Origin: a virus
Reading direction: 5' to 3' (one strand)
Length of the DNA: 64,000 nt
IMG/VR virus record: IMGVR_UViG_3300042868_005761
Span: 64,001-128,000 of that record
Positions 26,456-38,800 of this stretch are shown one piece after another. Positions within the stretch are counted from its first letter, which is position 1, and every line of letters starts with the position of its first letter. Position numbers and translations under genes: made by a program. The notes beneath the pieces were generated by a model. It was given only the letters and a program-made list of their open reading frames with translations. It did not search any database and was not told where the DNA came from.

Positions 26456-28621
26456 CTATTCTCCTAACTTTATTTTATAACTACCTAAGATAGGTGTTTT
26501 TGATGTGTTTGTTGTTTTAAGTTTAGCAATCAAAGACACTTCTTTGTTTTGTGTTGCAAATCCAGTTTGTCTGGGAAATTCAACATAAGCATCTTTTATA
26601 TCTACTTGATTATGTAATACTAGAATGTATTGAGTCGGGTCTACTGCCATAAGATAAAAGTTTTCCTTTCCAAGATTTGCTAGACTATGACAACGCGTAA
26701 ACTTTTTCTTTGCTCTTATCTTGAAACCTCTATATGGATCAAGATTAAGATTAGTTCCTTCTATTAGATATTTTCCATTATATGGATATTTAGTATCTAG
26801 ATTTTTTAAACTTTCATTGTCTGTAAAAAAATCTTCTCCTACATCTGTATAAGATGTAATAGGAATTTTAACTTTAAACCATCCATTCTTCGTGAATTTA
26901 TATGTTCTATTCGTAGGGTTCAATCCTTCAAATATAACTCCAGAATCTCCTACATTGATCTCAGAATTAATTGTTCCATCAACGTATACCCAAGTTATAT
27001 AATATCCGTCTTTAGATTCAAGTAAATCTTCTGCAGAATTTTTTGAAACATAATTACCAAAAAGATTAATTGAATCAAGGGAGTTTATAGTTGGGCTTAG
27101 TATTTGGTTTACATAGTGATAGTTGTATTCTTGTAAGAAACCATAAGATCCAAGTGATGTTAATATTTCTGAACTACCTTTACTGCTTTCTAAAGTATTA
27201 GGAGTAATATAATTATTTGTTATATTGTTTTCATTTAAACTAAAGAAATAAGGAGCAGAACCAGGAGGCTTATTAAGAGGAGTGATCTCGGCAACTTGAC
27301 CTAATGAATAAGTTCCACTTACAATCTCAAAGTCTACAAGACCACCAGATCCGTCTACGTCTAATACTCTAATATAAAGATCATTATCAGGAGACTGACT
27401 TCCAAGTTCGTCTCCACGAAACATAAGAAGGTCGTTTACTTCATAGTTGGTGCCAGCTTCATTAACCGTAAAGTAGGAAAGTACATCAGAGTAGTAGCCG
27501 GCTTCATCGCCAGGATCAGATATTGAAAGACTTGAATAGTCAAATGCTAAACGTGCATTAAGTCCAATGCTACCCCCAACTACATTAGCAACTGCAGAGT
27601 CAACTAATCCAGGTAAGTTTTTTGAAACAATATAATAATGAATTGCTGTCTCATCATCTTCAAAGTCACAAACTTCTATTGCAAACTTAGACGCTTGTAC
27701 GCTTTCTCCTACAGATCTGAATTTGCCTTCTGTCTTGTATCCATCTGTAGAAACTTTTATAGCAAGTCGTTTGATATGGAAAATATATCTATACTTTCCA
27801 CTATCATACTTCTCATCATAATTAGATTTTGTAATTTGTATATTAATCTTCTTTACCGCTCTATTTACTAGAACAGTATTCGTATTAGTAATAGCTTGCG
27901 CCTGAACAATTGGCGTCGCAACGTTTTCACTATCTATTGATATTGCGTCTATCGACCCACTCAATGAAGAGTCAATAACTGATATTGCTAGCTCGCCAAC
28001 TTCTCTTGTTTCAGGAAAAACAATTTCAAGAATTATTGAAACTTTTTTAGGTTCGTCTGTTACAACTTGCCCAGTCCAGCTAGACATACTACTTGCAAAA
28101 AGATTAGTTAAGTTACTTCCATATACTGGAACAATTCTGTCATTACCAGAACCTGGAGCCATATACATATTAATTGAATACGCGCCCGCCGGTAAAGTTA
28201 ACTTTGCAGGCTCTGTAGAGTGTTCTAGAGATACACTATGTAAAGCTTCATCAAGTACAACTTGACTGCTTAAAGCCTGATCAAACTTAGAAGACGTAGT
28301 AAAGTTGTCTCCTATTACTCTGAAGAAGCCGTCGCTGTCGCTTCTAAGAAACAACTGGTCATTGATATGTTTCTCATATTCCTCTAGCTGTACAAGCATT
28401 TTAGGATATGTAAGATTCCAATCAATTATTTGTCTCTCTAGACTAACAGCTTTTCTATAAATTAGATCTTGTAACTGATCACTTCTTTGTCTTAGTTCTG
28501 TTATTTTCCCTGACAAAGCAGAAGGATTATTAAACAGATTCTTATCAACAGGAATAAGTGATTCCGTTAATGAGTCTTCTATCTTTCCATGAAAGAGTTT
28601 ATTTTCAAATGTTATATTCAT
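26456..28621 (-). CDS. Putative virion structural (baseplate/tail) protein
   Basis: 721 aa; N-terminal coiled coil; C-terminal LKTTNTSKTPILGSYKIK; structural operon context. Confidence 0.6.
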   Translation of the reverse strand: MNITFENKLFHGKIEDSLTESLIPVDKNLFNNPSALSGKITELRQRSDQLQDLIYRKAVSLERQIIDWNLTYPKMLVQLEEYEKHINDQLFLRSDSDGFFRVIGDNFTTSSKFDQALSSQVVLDEALHSVSLEHSTEPAKLTLPAGAYSINMYMAPGSGNDRIVPVYGSNLTNLFASSMSSWTGQVVTDEPKKVSIILEIVFPETREVGELAISVIDSSLSGSIDAISIDSENVATPIVQAQAITNTNTVLVNRAVKKINIQITKSNYDEKYDSGKYRYIFHIKRLAIKVSTDGYKTEGKFRSVGESVQASKFAIEVCDFEDDETAIHYYIVSKNLPGLVDSAVANVVGGSIGLNARLAFDYSSLSISDPGDEAGYYSDVLSYFTVNEAGTNYEVNDLLMFRGDELGSQSPDNDLYIRVLDVDGSGGLVDFEIVSGTYSLGQVAEITPLNKPPGSAPYFFSLNENNITNNYITPNTLESSKGSSEILTSLGSYGFLQEYNYHYVNQILSPTINSLDSINLFGNYVSKNSAEDLLESKDGYYITWVYVDGTINSEINVGDSGVIFEGLNPTNRTYKFTKNGWFKVKIPITSYTDVGEDFFTDNESLKNLDTKYPYNGKYLIEGTNLNLDPYRGFKIRAKKKFTRCHSLANLGKENFYLMAVDPTQYILVLHNQVDIKDAYVEFPRQTGFATQNKEVSLIAKLKTTNTSKTPILGSYKIKLGE

Positions 28622-31218
28622 TAGCCAATGATTCCTATAGAAAAAGACTTTATTACTGGACTAAAGTAAGGTAGGAGTTCACTTAAATCCTTTTGATTTG
28701 AAGCAATAACTCCATATTCATTTGGATTCCAAATTTCTTTCTTATTAACTTCTATTGCAACTTCAAAGTCTTTCAGTAGTAGACTTGTATAAGAGAATTT
28801 TATATTTCCAGTAAACGTACTTAAACTATTTGTATAGATTCTATTATGTAAATAATCTACGCTAAAAGTATTCTCTGCTTCAGTGGTAGTAATTGTTACT
28901 GGAATACTAGAAGGCGGCTTTTGGTCTAGCTTTATAAAGAGAGATCCTCCTAGTAATGACACAACTGTGTCACTTTCAAAGTAGTAGTCTCCTTCATTTA
29001 AAATTTCATGTCTAAATGTTTTTCTATTCGAGAAATATACATCTTGAATTTCTATTTTTGAAGAAAACAAATTACCTGGGATTCGAGACTGGTGTCTTAT
29101 CTTGTATTGATGTAAAGAATTTGCTTGCCCAACATAATCATAATAAACAAAGACCTTGCTTTCATCATTTAGCTCATCAATACCATTGTAGAATAGCATC
29201 TCTTTTTTTGAAGAATCACCCACTAAAACAACAGAACCTCTAAGCAAAGACAATGCAGGCGGAAGTTGAATGTAGTTCAACTCAGTATTCACATTAACTT
29301 TTAATACGTTATCTTTATGATAGCTAGAGAAATTTACCTTACTTAGATTACCAATACTACTATTAACATTAAGAATAGAAATACCTGAGTTATCACGTCT
29401 TTCGCTTTGTTCTATCTTTGGAATCTTTATTGAGTAGGTATCATGCAGTAACTTTGTTGAATGCATTCTACTCTTAAAGTGCACTATTGAAGCTCTTCCA
29501 GTGATATTTGTTCCTCTGTATAGGAATCCATTAGCATAATCAACTGAGTAATTGTTAACTCCTAAAACAGCACCTAAAGGCTTTTCTGTAAAAGCTGCAT
29601 TGTTAATTGATAATTTAATAATATTTTTATAGTCTAAGTTCATAATTGATGAACTACTATCAATTACTTTAGAAGTCAGAACTTGAGTAGCAGGATAATC
29701 GAATGCAATTGTTGTTCCAAGACCTAGCCATGGAAAAACTATTTTGTAATCATTTTCTACTCTCTCAACATAAGATGGACATCCATTTAGATTTATAAGT
29801 ATTTCAGAGTTCTGTACAAGACTTTTGAACTTAAGAACGTAACCATCTCCGGTAAATATAACCTTGTAGGTCTTACCATCATAAGTGTCAGACTCTGCAA
29901 TCTGCGAGTATCTTTCACCGTTAACTTTAACAACAAAAAAACTTTCAAAGTTCTTAATATTTAATGGGAATAGCACTAAGTTTTCTTCCTCATTGCCTGG
30001 AATATTTCTTGTAATCTTATAAGCATCTTCAGTCATTATAGAGGAAAAAAGCCTATAAGAATCGTTGATCTGATCTATCCTACACTTCTCATACTCAAGA
30101 TCTCCCAAGTACTCTAAGAGAGTATTAGGGTCCTTTAAAGTACAAGTAAATTCAAAGTTAGGATCAATATATGGTCCACTTAATTGTTCTTCATCTTTTA
30201 GAGCAAATAGCTTTTCATTATTAGACTTAACTTCAAAATTGAGAAGAGACTTGTGAGAAGGATACTGTAACGTTACATCTTCAAGTGTAAGATACTTACC
30301 TGAGAACGATGGCATATTTACTGTAGTGGCTTTTAATCCATAGGTACTATTCCCCAAAGAATTTCGGAATGTCTTTCTATAGAAAGCTATCTCAATAATA
30401 TCTAGCTGGTTTCCTTGGATAGCAGTAGATGTAATAATCATTTCTAGTCCAGATGTTTTAACTGGCTTTTCAAAGACAATAGGTTCAGGACTATATAGAC
30501 CAGAGTAAACTAGCTCTTGACTTTCAATATCATAAAGAGCTATTTTAACTTCTTGGCCTGGCTTCTCAATAAGCTTAATAGCTAACTCATTAATAATTTC
30601 TTTTTTCTTTTTGAATTCAAAGAACATAATGAGACTTAGATTTGTTCCATCGCGTCGATGTACTGAGAAAAGATCGTTTTGATTTGAGCTAAAAATACTA
30701 TCAGCTATAGAGTTTAAGATTTTATTCCGAGAGTCTCCAACAACAATATTAGAGTCTGTGCTAATTCCAAAAGTCTTAGGACTAACTAATTCTATCTTTG
30801 TTGGCTTAGCAGTAATTCCTGAATTAACAAACTCATAAGTATTGCCTGCTACAAGTAACTTCTTATCATTTAACTGTATAGCCGCGCTCTTTACTCCTAG
30901 ACCTAGGCCAGTTAATCCTTGCTTTCTTAGTCTTAGGAGATCATATCTTTGCTTTAAATTCTTTAACTGATATTCTCTGCTATTGTAAAAAACAGTAGAG
31001 AGTCTAAGTAAGTCAGCATAACATAACTCTAAAGATTGCATTTCCGCATTTACTAGAGTAATAGGATCTGAGGTGTTAAGCTTAACAAGAGTACTATGTC
31101 TAAGGACGGTTGGGATAGCTAAAGTATCACCTGGGGCACTTATTTCGATTGGGGCAATGAAGTTTCCACTTACCTTTGACTCAATATCGTATAGTTTGTT
31201 TTTGATTTTCTTTATCAT
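28621..31218 (-). CDS. Putative virion structural protein
   Basis: 865 aa; repeated (Y/F)SVDY motif; C-terminal FSPVIKSFSI; operon context. Confidence 0.6.
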   Translation of the reverse strand: MIKKIKNKLYDIESKVSGNFIAPIEISAPGDTLAIPTVLRHSTLVKLNTSDPITLVNAEMQSLELCYADLLRLSTVFYNSREYQLKNLKQRYDLLRLRKQGLTGLGLGVKSAAIQLNDKKLLVAGNTYEFVNSGITAKPTKIELVSPKTFGISTDSNIVVGDSRNKILNSIADSIFSSNQNDLFSVHRRDGTNLSLIMFFEFKKKKEIINELAIKLIEKPGQEVKIALYDIESQELVYSGLYSPEPIVFEKPVKTSGLEMIITSTAIQGNQLDIIEIAFYRKTFRNSLGNSTYGLKATTVNMPSFSGKYLTLEDVTLQYPSHKSLLNFEVKSNNEKLFALKDEEQLSGPYIDPNFEFTCTLKDPNTLLEYLGDLEYEKCRIDQINDSYRLFSSIMTEDAYKITRNIPGNEEENLVLFPLNIKNFESFFVVKVNGERYSQIAESDTYDGKTYKVIFTGDGYVLKFKSLVQNSEILINLNGCPSYVERVENDYKIVFPWLGLGTTIAFDYPATQVLTSKVIDSSSSIMNLDYKNIIKLSINNAAFTEKPLGAVLGVNNYSVDYANGFLYRGTNITGRASIVHFKSRMHSTKLLHDTYSIKIPKIEQSERRDNSGISILNVNSSIGNLSKVNFSSYHKDNVLKVNVNTELNYIQLPPALSLLRGSVVLVGDSSKKEMLFYNGIDELNDESKVFVYYDYVGQANSLHQYKIRHQSRIPGNLFSSKIEIQDVYFSNRKTFRHEILNEGDYYFESDTVVSLLGGSLFIKLDQKPPSSIPVTITTTEAENTFSVDYLHNRIYTNSLSTFTGNIKFSYTSLLLKDFEVAIEVNKKEIWNPNEYGVIASNQKDLSELLPYFSPVIKSFSIGIIG

Positions 31219-32592
31219 TTAACTAATTCCTATTTGTCCAAGTGGAAAAATAAAATTCAAAAGTTCACTATTCCAGTTGAACTGATTGTAACCAGATGTT
31301 ATTCTTGCAGTAATCTGCATAGGTCCAGTTACTTTGCACTCAATTTTTGCACCTGTCCATAAGAATTTTTTATCTTCACTAAGAGGCCAACTACAGTTTA
31401 AAGTTTGAGTTCCAGCATAGCTTGCATATCCACTATCGCAGAATGTATTTACTTTAATGTATAACTCTTTTTTAGTAGCTGTAAAATCTGTGACAGGGTA
31501 TACTTGTTCAAAATCACTAAGCTTTTCAGCCGGCTCCCAAGGCCCTGATGGACTAGTAAAACTATATTCCCAATTAAGTATTGGAACACCTGTATTCAAA
31601 TTTCTATAAATATTGATTGGCGACTGTATGTCCACAGGGAATGGAAACTTAAAGTAAGTTGTGTTTAGGTCAGGAGAATAGCGTAGAAGATCTAATCTAG
31701 AAAAATTATTACTAAATGCACTTCCACACTGCATCTTATAAACTTTACCTTCCGCAATAATAGTCAAATCACAGACATTGTGTTCGCCTAAACTCATTAG
31801 TGAAATATTAGATATCTCAGTGTCAGTTTTCCAAGTTTCCTCTCCAGTTATAATTTCATCTCTTAGAGCTTCTACTGGATAAGCTTTTACATATAGATAG
31901 TTTCTTTTATCTATAAGCGTGTTCTTATAGAAAACAATTAACTCAGAAACCATTGTTGGAACAATTAACTGGTCTTGGCTATCAGCTAAGCCTATAGCGC
32001 CATCTAAGATATCCTCATACAAAGTAAAATCACTTGCTGGTGTTTTTATATATATTTGATATATATTATTTTTCTTTCCAACTTTATCTTTAGGAATTTC
32101 AATTATAACGGGAGCAACTTTTCCTGAGGCAAGTCTATAGTGAACTCTTGTGTATACTCCTAGAGTATCTGTATCTATACTGGCGATTACATTATCAACT
32201 ATCTGAGCTTTAAAGTCTCCTTGGATTATTTCAAATTCCTCAGAAACCTTATCCATTACCATAGAGTCCCATTCAAGAATTGGCCAAGATGATTGCCAGA
32301 CATTAAAAGTATCTTTTGCTTTCGTTATGCCTAGTGAAGAGAAGACTTGCTCTATATATAAATCACTAGTTACATCTCTCATAAAGTTCATTAAAGTAGA
32401 TTGCTGCTTTCTTTGTCTATTCATTAGAATATCTAAGCCAATCATTCCTCTTTGGATTGTTGCAGATAGATCGCCAAACATAGACTCAACAGTCTGCACT
32501 CTTCCTGCAATATCTAATGTATTGAAGTAAGGTTGTGCTACAGTTGTATTAGTAGTAAAGTTAGGATTTATAAAGTAACATTGTTCAGACAT
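31219..32592 (-). CDS. Putative virion structural protein
   Basis: 457 aa; abutting genes in the late operon. Confidence 0.55.
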   Translation of the reverse strand: MSEQCYFINPNFTTNTTVAQPYFNTLDIAGRVQTVESMFGDLSATIQRGMIGLDILMNRQRKQQSTLMNFMRDVTSDLYIEQVFSSLGITKAKDTFNVWQSSWPILEWDSMVMDKVSEEFEIIQGDFKAQIVDNVIASIDTDTLGVYTRVHYRLASGKVAPVIIEIPKDKVGKKNNIYQIYIKTPASDFTLYEDILDGAIGLADSQDQLIVPTMVSELIVFYKNTLIDKRNYLYVKAYPVEALRDEIITGEETWKTDTEISNISLMSLGEHNVCDLTIIAEGKVYKMQCGSAFSNNFSRLDLLRYSPDLNTTYFKFPFPVDIQSPINIYRNLNTGVPILNWEYSFTSPSGPWEPAEKLSDFEQVYPVTDFTATKKELYIKVNTFCDSGYASYAGTQTLNCSWPLSEDKKFLWTGAKIECKVTGPMQITARITSGYNQFNWNSELLNFIFPLGQIGIS

Positions 32593-32594
32593 AG

Positions 32595-32984
32595 TTATCC
32601 TATAACTTTACCTTGAGAATTGACTGAAAATTCAATTGCTTTTCTTCTTTCACTAACTAGCAAGCGACGTTGGCGTTTACCAGAAAGACTATTTATTGTT
32701 TTGATAATTGGAAAGATAAGATCAACTTTTGTTTCTCTACTTTCTAATTCTTCAATTCCAACAAACTTACTAGCTGTAAAGATTTCTTCAACAGTTACTT
32801 TGTAAACTATCTCATAACTATTATCTCTTATAATTCTTCTTTTCCTGATTGAATATATACCAGATAAGTCAATAACAATATTTTTATTAGGAAAACTTAA
32901 TGTAATTCCTGCCGATCTTAGATTAAAGACTGGTGCTTTCTCGATAGACCAAATATTATTATTTCCTTTTTCCTGCCACATCAT
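32595..32984 (-). CDS. Hypothetical protein
   Basis: 129 aa, AAGGA RBS, abutting neighbours. Confidence 0.65.
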   Translation of the reverse strand: MMWQEKGNNNIWSIEKAPVFNLRSAGITLSFPNKNIVIDLSGIYSIRKRRIIRDNSYEIVYKVTVEEIFTASKFVGIEELESRETKVDLIFPIIKTINSLSGKRQRRLLVSERRKAIEFSVNSQGKVIG

Positions 32985-33605
32985 TTATATTTCCTTTATG
33001 CATGTTGCGTTTAGTCTAATCTTTGAAAGAAAAGAACCATAATTACTTTCTGATGGAGGAACAACTAGTCTTAGGGTGACATAAAGAGAACCTTTACCTT
33101 CATTATTCGTATCTAAAGCTCCTTCATTTATGCCAAGATTAGTTCTTTTTGTATAAACTGTTCCGTTGTATGTGTAGGACTCTGATAGTAGAATAGGATT
33201 TATTACACTATTTCCTTTAGTCCAAGATACTTTAAACTTAGAAAGCAATTCTAAGTCATCAGAGTCTTCTATTGGTACGCCATAAGCCGGGCTAGTAGGA
33301 TCATTTGTTACCCATCCAAAAAGTACATAAAGCCCATACGGACTTTCATCATCGTCATTCTTAAGACTAGCTAAGTCTAAGATTTTGTTTTTATCTTCTG
33401 GGCTATCAGAGTCAATATAAAATCCAAAATTAACTAATTCCCCAAGGACTGTATTGGGCAATTCATTTCCATTATTGACTACCCAGAAATCAATAGAACT
33501 AGTACCAACAACTCCAGCCTCATACGTACTATTGATAACAGTGTTATCATCAATTAGGTTGTTTGCTGTTGTAAATGGCAAAGAATTAAACCATGATAAA
33601 TTCAT
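32985..33605 (-). CDS. Hypothetical (probably structural) protein
   Basis: 206 aa, AGGAG RBS, TAATG overlap. Confidence 0.65.
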   Translation of the reverse strand: MNLSWFNSLPFTTANNLIDDNTVINSTYEAGVVGTSSIDFWVVNNGNELPNTVLGELVNFGFYIDSDSPEDKNKILDLASLKNDDDESPYGLYVLFGWVTNDPTSPAYGVPIEDSDDLELLSKFKVSWTKGNSVINPILLSESYTYNGTVYTKRTNLGINEGALDTNNEGKGSLYVTLRLVVPPSESNYGSFLSKIRLNATCIKEI

Positions 33606-35842
33606 TAGAGACTCCTATCTATGTAATAACAAGACACCTGTGATTTTGGACCAATCAAAGCTTCTGTCCCAGTTCCAAGGTCATAATTATAAGACTCAAA
33701 GGCAAGATACACAAAATCTTTTACAGTATCATTCAACGTTGAGTCATCTGCAGACTCTGGCACTAAATTTACTTCCTTAGTGTAACGTGTTGTTATGTCT
33801 CTATCAAAGCCTTGGAAGTCTTCTGTTTCTAGTGGGTCTGACCCTGAGTAGTCTTCTACGTCCAATGTAGTCAATAGAGTATCTTTACTAGATACACCAT
33901 TCGGATCGTTTACTACATAGATTGCAAGTCTATTTCCTTTATGAGCTACTTCCATATTTATAGTCAGAATCTGCTCTCCTGCTTCAGTTCTACCTTTAAT
34001 GTGTAGATAATTAATATCTACATAGCTTATATTCTTCTGATGCCCTACTAAAGTAACAGGAAGATTTCTATTGATAATGTCTTTAAAATTCATATCATCA
34101 AAGGAATCAGAATAGAAGCTTTCATCTTTGTCAATGTAGACAAAAACCTGAGAACTACTATCTACATTAATAAAGCCAGAAGCATTTAAGATATTAGAAA
34201 AAACAGCGTTCTTGTTCTTCTTTTCAATCTCATAGTCTTCTTTAAGCGCACTTAGCACTCTTAGATCTTTAACAGAGGAAGACTCGGTATACTTCTTTTT
34301 CTTAAAAGAAGCAGAACATATTGGTAAGAATTGCATATCAGCTGTAAAACTGTCAGGAACATAACTATCTACAAAGTTATAAGTACACATATCTTTAAAT
34401 TCAGAAATAAACATTCCTAGAATTAAAGACTTATTTGGATAGTTTGTATCATAGACATATTCTGAGTATGCAGATATTTGGCTATTGTATCTATCTTTCA
34501 TCCATGCCCAATATATCTTAGAATTCTGAGCTTCTGTTTTTGGAGTAGCAAAGAAAAATAGATATCCATCAAGGACTTTCTTGTTGTGCAAAGGATTAAC
34601 GTTATAGAAGTTATATTCACTTTCTTCTTCTTTAACTACATACTCTGCAATGATCTTGTCTCTTGGATTAAGAGGAACTTGATCTGATATAGTAACTATT
34701 CCAAGTGAGTAGTCTACTGAACCAGTAAACTTAGTATATTTAATAATGTTGTTATCTATATAGTTACCAGATATTTTCTTACCAACGTAAACAAGATCAC
34801 TTGACTGGGCAAACAATAACTTATAGTCCTTGGTGACATCTGAATATCTATAAACTTTAAATGTCAGATGAATGTTCTCTGAAGGGTTCACAACAATATG
34901 ACTATTTAAAACTTGAAAACTATTCCTGTTAACATAGTAACCTTGTTTTTTCAATGTTAGATAAGGATAGTAAGGAAACCACCTATCAGCATCTGGGTTT
35001 GTCCAATTATAAGTTATACTCGGCCCTTGGCCTGGTTTAACTGTAAGAGAACTACCAATGATTTCTATTGGCCAACTATAGTTTAATGGCAAGCCAGTAT
35101 TCATTCTTGCTGACAACTTTGCTTGCCTATACTCAGTATAGTATAAAGTCTCATTCACCGGTTTGACAAATTCATACTTCCATTTTCCGTCGGGTTCTTG
35201 AGTCTTGTAGTAGACCGGGGCATTTTGGTTTATCTCTAGAGTTTCTTCGTCATAATCAAAGACTGTTTGCTCTGAGAACAATGGCTCTCTTTTATAGATT
35301 TCCTTAATAGACTGACCACTTTGAGCATAGATTGAACTTGAAACAGTTGTATACTGTACAAAGTTAGCGTTGTATCTTCCAATCTCAACATCAAGATCAT
35401 TCATAAGATCAGAAAAAATAGCATTGTATTTTTCTAAATAAATCCAGCTGGAAGAATCTGTCCCATTCTTCCAAGGAATAAAGCTTACATTAGAAACTTT
35501 TCCTTTTATCTTGTGACAAAAGAATAATGGTTTTTTACCGTATGACTCCGGCGCAGTTACCGTAGTAAAGATAAGGTTACTCTTCTCGCTATATACTACG
35601 TTTTCTTTTGTACTGTATACTGTTGTATCAATTGGCGGAATAATATTTTCCAAATAAGAATTTAATTCGATTGCTTCATGTGAAAGAATAGGTAATGTTT
35701 CTAAGTAGGCAAGTTGAATCTCGTTAGACTTAACTTCTTGTCTATAGTAAATATAATCACGTTGAACATGAGTATATACTTGAATATCATATTCATACTC
35801 AACTGGATTACCAGTTACTCTTATTGTAAGTGCAATACTCAT
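33605..35842 (-). CDS. Putative virion structural protein
   Basis: 745 aa; SVDYSLGIV, YNVNPLHN; operon context. Confidence 0.6.
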   Translation of the reverse strand: MSIALTIRVTGNPVEYEYDIQVYTHVQRDYIYYRQEVKSNEIQLAYLETLPILSHEAIELNSYLENIIPPIDTTVYSTKENVVYSEKSNLIFTTVTAPESYGKKPLFFCHKIKGKVSNVSFIPWKNGTDSSSWIYLEKYNAIFSDLMNDLDVEIGRYNANFVQYTTVSSSIYAQSGQSIKEIYKREPLFSEQTVFDYDEETLEINQNAPVYYKTQEPDGKWKYEFVKPVNETLYYTEYRQAKLSARMNTGLPLNYSWPIEIIGSSLTVKPGQGPSITYNWTNPDADRWFPYYPYLTLKKQGYYVNRNSFQVLNSHIVVNPSENIHLTFKVYRYSDVTKDYKLLFAQSSDLVYVGKKISGNYIDNNIIKYTKFTGSVDYSLGIVTISDQVPLNPRDKIIAEYVVKEEESEYNFYNVNPLHNKKVLDGYLFFFATPKTEAQNSKIYWAWMKDRYNSQISAYSEYVYDTNYPNKSLILGMFISEFKDMCTYNFVDSYVPDSFTADMQFLPICSASFKKKKYTESSSVKDLRVLSALKEDYEIEKKNKNAVFSNILNASGFINVDSSSQVFVYIDKDESFYSDSFDDMNFKDIINRNLPVTLVGHQKNISYVDINYLHIKGRTEAGEQILTINMEVAHKGNRLAIYVVNDPNGVSSKDTLLTTLDVEDYSGSDPLETEDFQGFDRDITTRYTKEVNLVPESADDSTLNDTVKDFVYLAFESYNYDLGTGTEALIGPKSQVSCYYIDRSL

Positions 35843-35843
35843 A

Positions 35844-38800
35844 CTAATCTACCATTGCATTTGGAACAGGAGCTGTTACTACTTTAATTACAATTTTTCC
35901 TCTTAGTTCTACGTAGATAGGAATAACGGCAGTGTCCTCAATACCAAATGCAGCACTTCCATCGGCATATTTCCAATCAAGGGAATTTACACTTGCTTTT
36001 CTATAGACAGGACGGCCATCAAAATCCGCTACATATACCCTGTACGGAACTGCAAAATTATAATTTTCACGATTTAAAACATCGTCTGTTAGTCTTGAAA
36101 AATAAAAATCTGGAATATTAACAACTGGAACAAATAATTGATTTATTATGCCTGTTCCCGTGTTAACATCATAGAGGAAGTCTGTATTTACGTATTCACG
36201 AAGTGAATATAATTCTTTAAATAATGGAAATTTACTGTTATAACTAGTCATTCCTGAGTTGGCCATTATAGTACCAAGAAAATCTTGATAACCAACTATA
36301 GCATTTGGATTGTTTCTATTAGTTAAAGTTGAGTTATTGTTTGAACTTCCGGCATTGGTCATGTAAGACTGGGGTTGTCTTCCTGCCATAACAACGTTTA
36401 ATCTATTTAAACCTTGTTGATTTATACTGTCAGAAAATGGTGGATCCATTTCATATGGATCACTAACACTTGCCGCTCCAGTCACACCATGACCAGATGC
36501 CGGAACCATAACATTGTACCCAATAAGAACTCGCCCATAAGAAAAAACATCCCGAGAACTACTAGGTGATAGGCCGTATTTGCCACTGTGCGGAGAATTT
36601 TCATCTGACTGATTACTTGTAGATTCGCTTATTGTTCCACCAGCTATATCACATACTCTTCTACCAATGAAATACTCAAGATTAACTTTAAAGTCGACAA
36701 GACACCTAGGAAAAGCATTGTTATAAGAGCTTGAGCTATTCTGAAGGAATATTTCTTCACTTCCTCTTATTAGCTCGTCGATCGAAGGTAAATCACTCTC
36801 AACAATATTCGCAAAAACTAACTTACCCCCATAATAGTCAACAGGAGAAACACTCATTGAGTTTCTTAAGACAATATTTTTCTGACAAATTAATTTCGTA
36901 ATATCGTCTTCGCTCGTGTCGTATGTTATATCTCCAGTCTCATAATCAATACCGTCAATATAATCACTTATACGTTTACCTGTATCTATGATTGCTCTGA
37001 AAGGATAGACATACTCTGCCATATATGGCTGCAGAGGATCATGACGAACGCCTTGAAAGGCATCTACATATGATGCATTTCTTATTGCAGACCCATAATT
37101 AGCAGGGTTAGAAGAGCCCAGTGATATAGCACGAGCGTTAAGCCAAGGACTAACATCCGTTTGATTCCCGCCGCTAAGAGCTCCACTTAGAGTTGATAAA
37201 TCTTTTCCAAATCTTTTATATGGTTGCCCAAACCCATATAGTAAATTAATATTACCACCCTGTGTGTGAGAGTAATCAAATGGACTATAGACAGTTGGAG
37301 AGACAGGAGTAGTCTTGCTATTTTTGCCCCAAAATCTAAACTCTCTATGTATAAATTCATTTTCTTCAGCACTAAGAATAGCTTTATCTGGACCCCAAAG
37401 ATTTTTTGAGTCCCATAGTTTGAACCCAGTCTTAAAATCTGTAGATAGATTTTCCAACTGAGAGCTTGAGCAAAAATCAATTCCGTATGTTCCTCTTAAT
37501 AAAGGTCTACCAAATGGCCACTTACCAAGGTTATCATCGGCATCTATCGGTGTATCAGCTGATAAAGTTGAAGTAGCAACTGCACCAGTATCTGGATTAA
37601 TATCTTTTTTATTAGCATCTGGGGCAAAATTAAATATGTCTAATAAAGACCCTGGACTAAATCTAAAATTCCATGTATCCATTTTTGTTGTTGCAAAACT
37701 TTGGTTATCCCAAAGTTGAGCAAAACTATAATTATTTGAGATATTACTAGCCCAGGGAATTGTATAGTCGTTGTAGAGCCCTTGGTTTGTAACTAAAGCA
37801 CCTGGACTTGTAAATAGGCCGGCACCAGATGATACTTGCTCTTTGAATTCATTTAAAGTAGTAAGTGAAAAGGCACCACCTTGTGTAGACTCTAATGAGT
37901 AAGAAGATGGAATATAACTGGATTCTATAGAAATAGTACCCGGTAAACCTGATAAGCTATTTCCTGTGTGGACAGTTGGAAATTGGCTTATATATGTAGG
38001 ATTATCAGCACTTCCCGCAGACAGCCAAATGCTAGAACCTTTTGTTGCTCTTACATTGAAGCCATCTCTATATGCGGAATTGCTTTTTATTGCACTATTC
38101 GTATTCTTACCAGCGTTATTGTTACCTGTAGTTACTACGTTAAATTCACTTGTTCTCCAGAACGCACTTGACTCTGTTCTTTCTTCTTCAGTCGTTAGTC
38201 TGCCATTAAGTATGTCTTCTCTGTATCCAAAGAATAAATTGCCCCATCCAATATTTAAGCCTTTCCCAGGAGTTCCATTTCCTGTAAAATTACCAGGTAC
38301 AAACCCATGACGCCATAGCCTCCATTCAACTCCAGTATTGTCGTAAGAGGTGCTAGCTAAGAAATTATGAGATTCATAATATAATTTTGTAGCTCCGTAT
38401 GAATACTTTTCAGGGGCAGTATTACTGGGCCATCCAAAAATAAACGCATGACCTCTTCGATTTGCAAAACTATCTGTACTATCAGAAAGATTACTCAGAT
38501 CCCAAGTAATTTCTTCAATATTTTCCCCTGAAGAGACTGCAGCGTTATAAGCAGATAGTGTTGACCATAAATATGGTGCAGAATTTTTGTATATTGGATA
38601 AAATATTAAATCGCCATGCATTGCATTCAGATCAACAGCTTTTGTGTTATCCAAATCGGCATAGTAACCTTGACTTCCACCAAATCTATAACCAAGCCTA
38701 TTCAGATATTGTGTATGTGGATTGTCTTCTACTCCGCTAAAAGCAAGTTGTCTATTATAGTTAATGAAGTCTAGGCCACCATTACTTCCGTCTTGATCAT

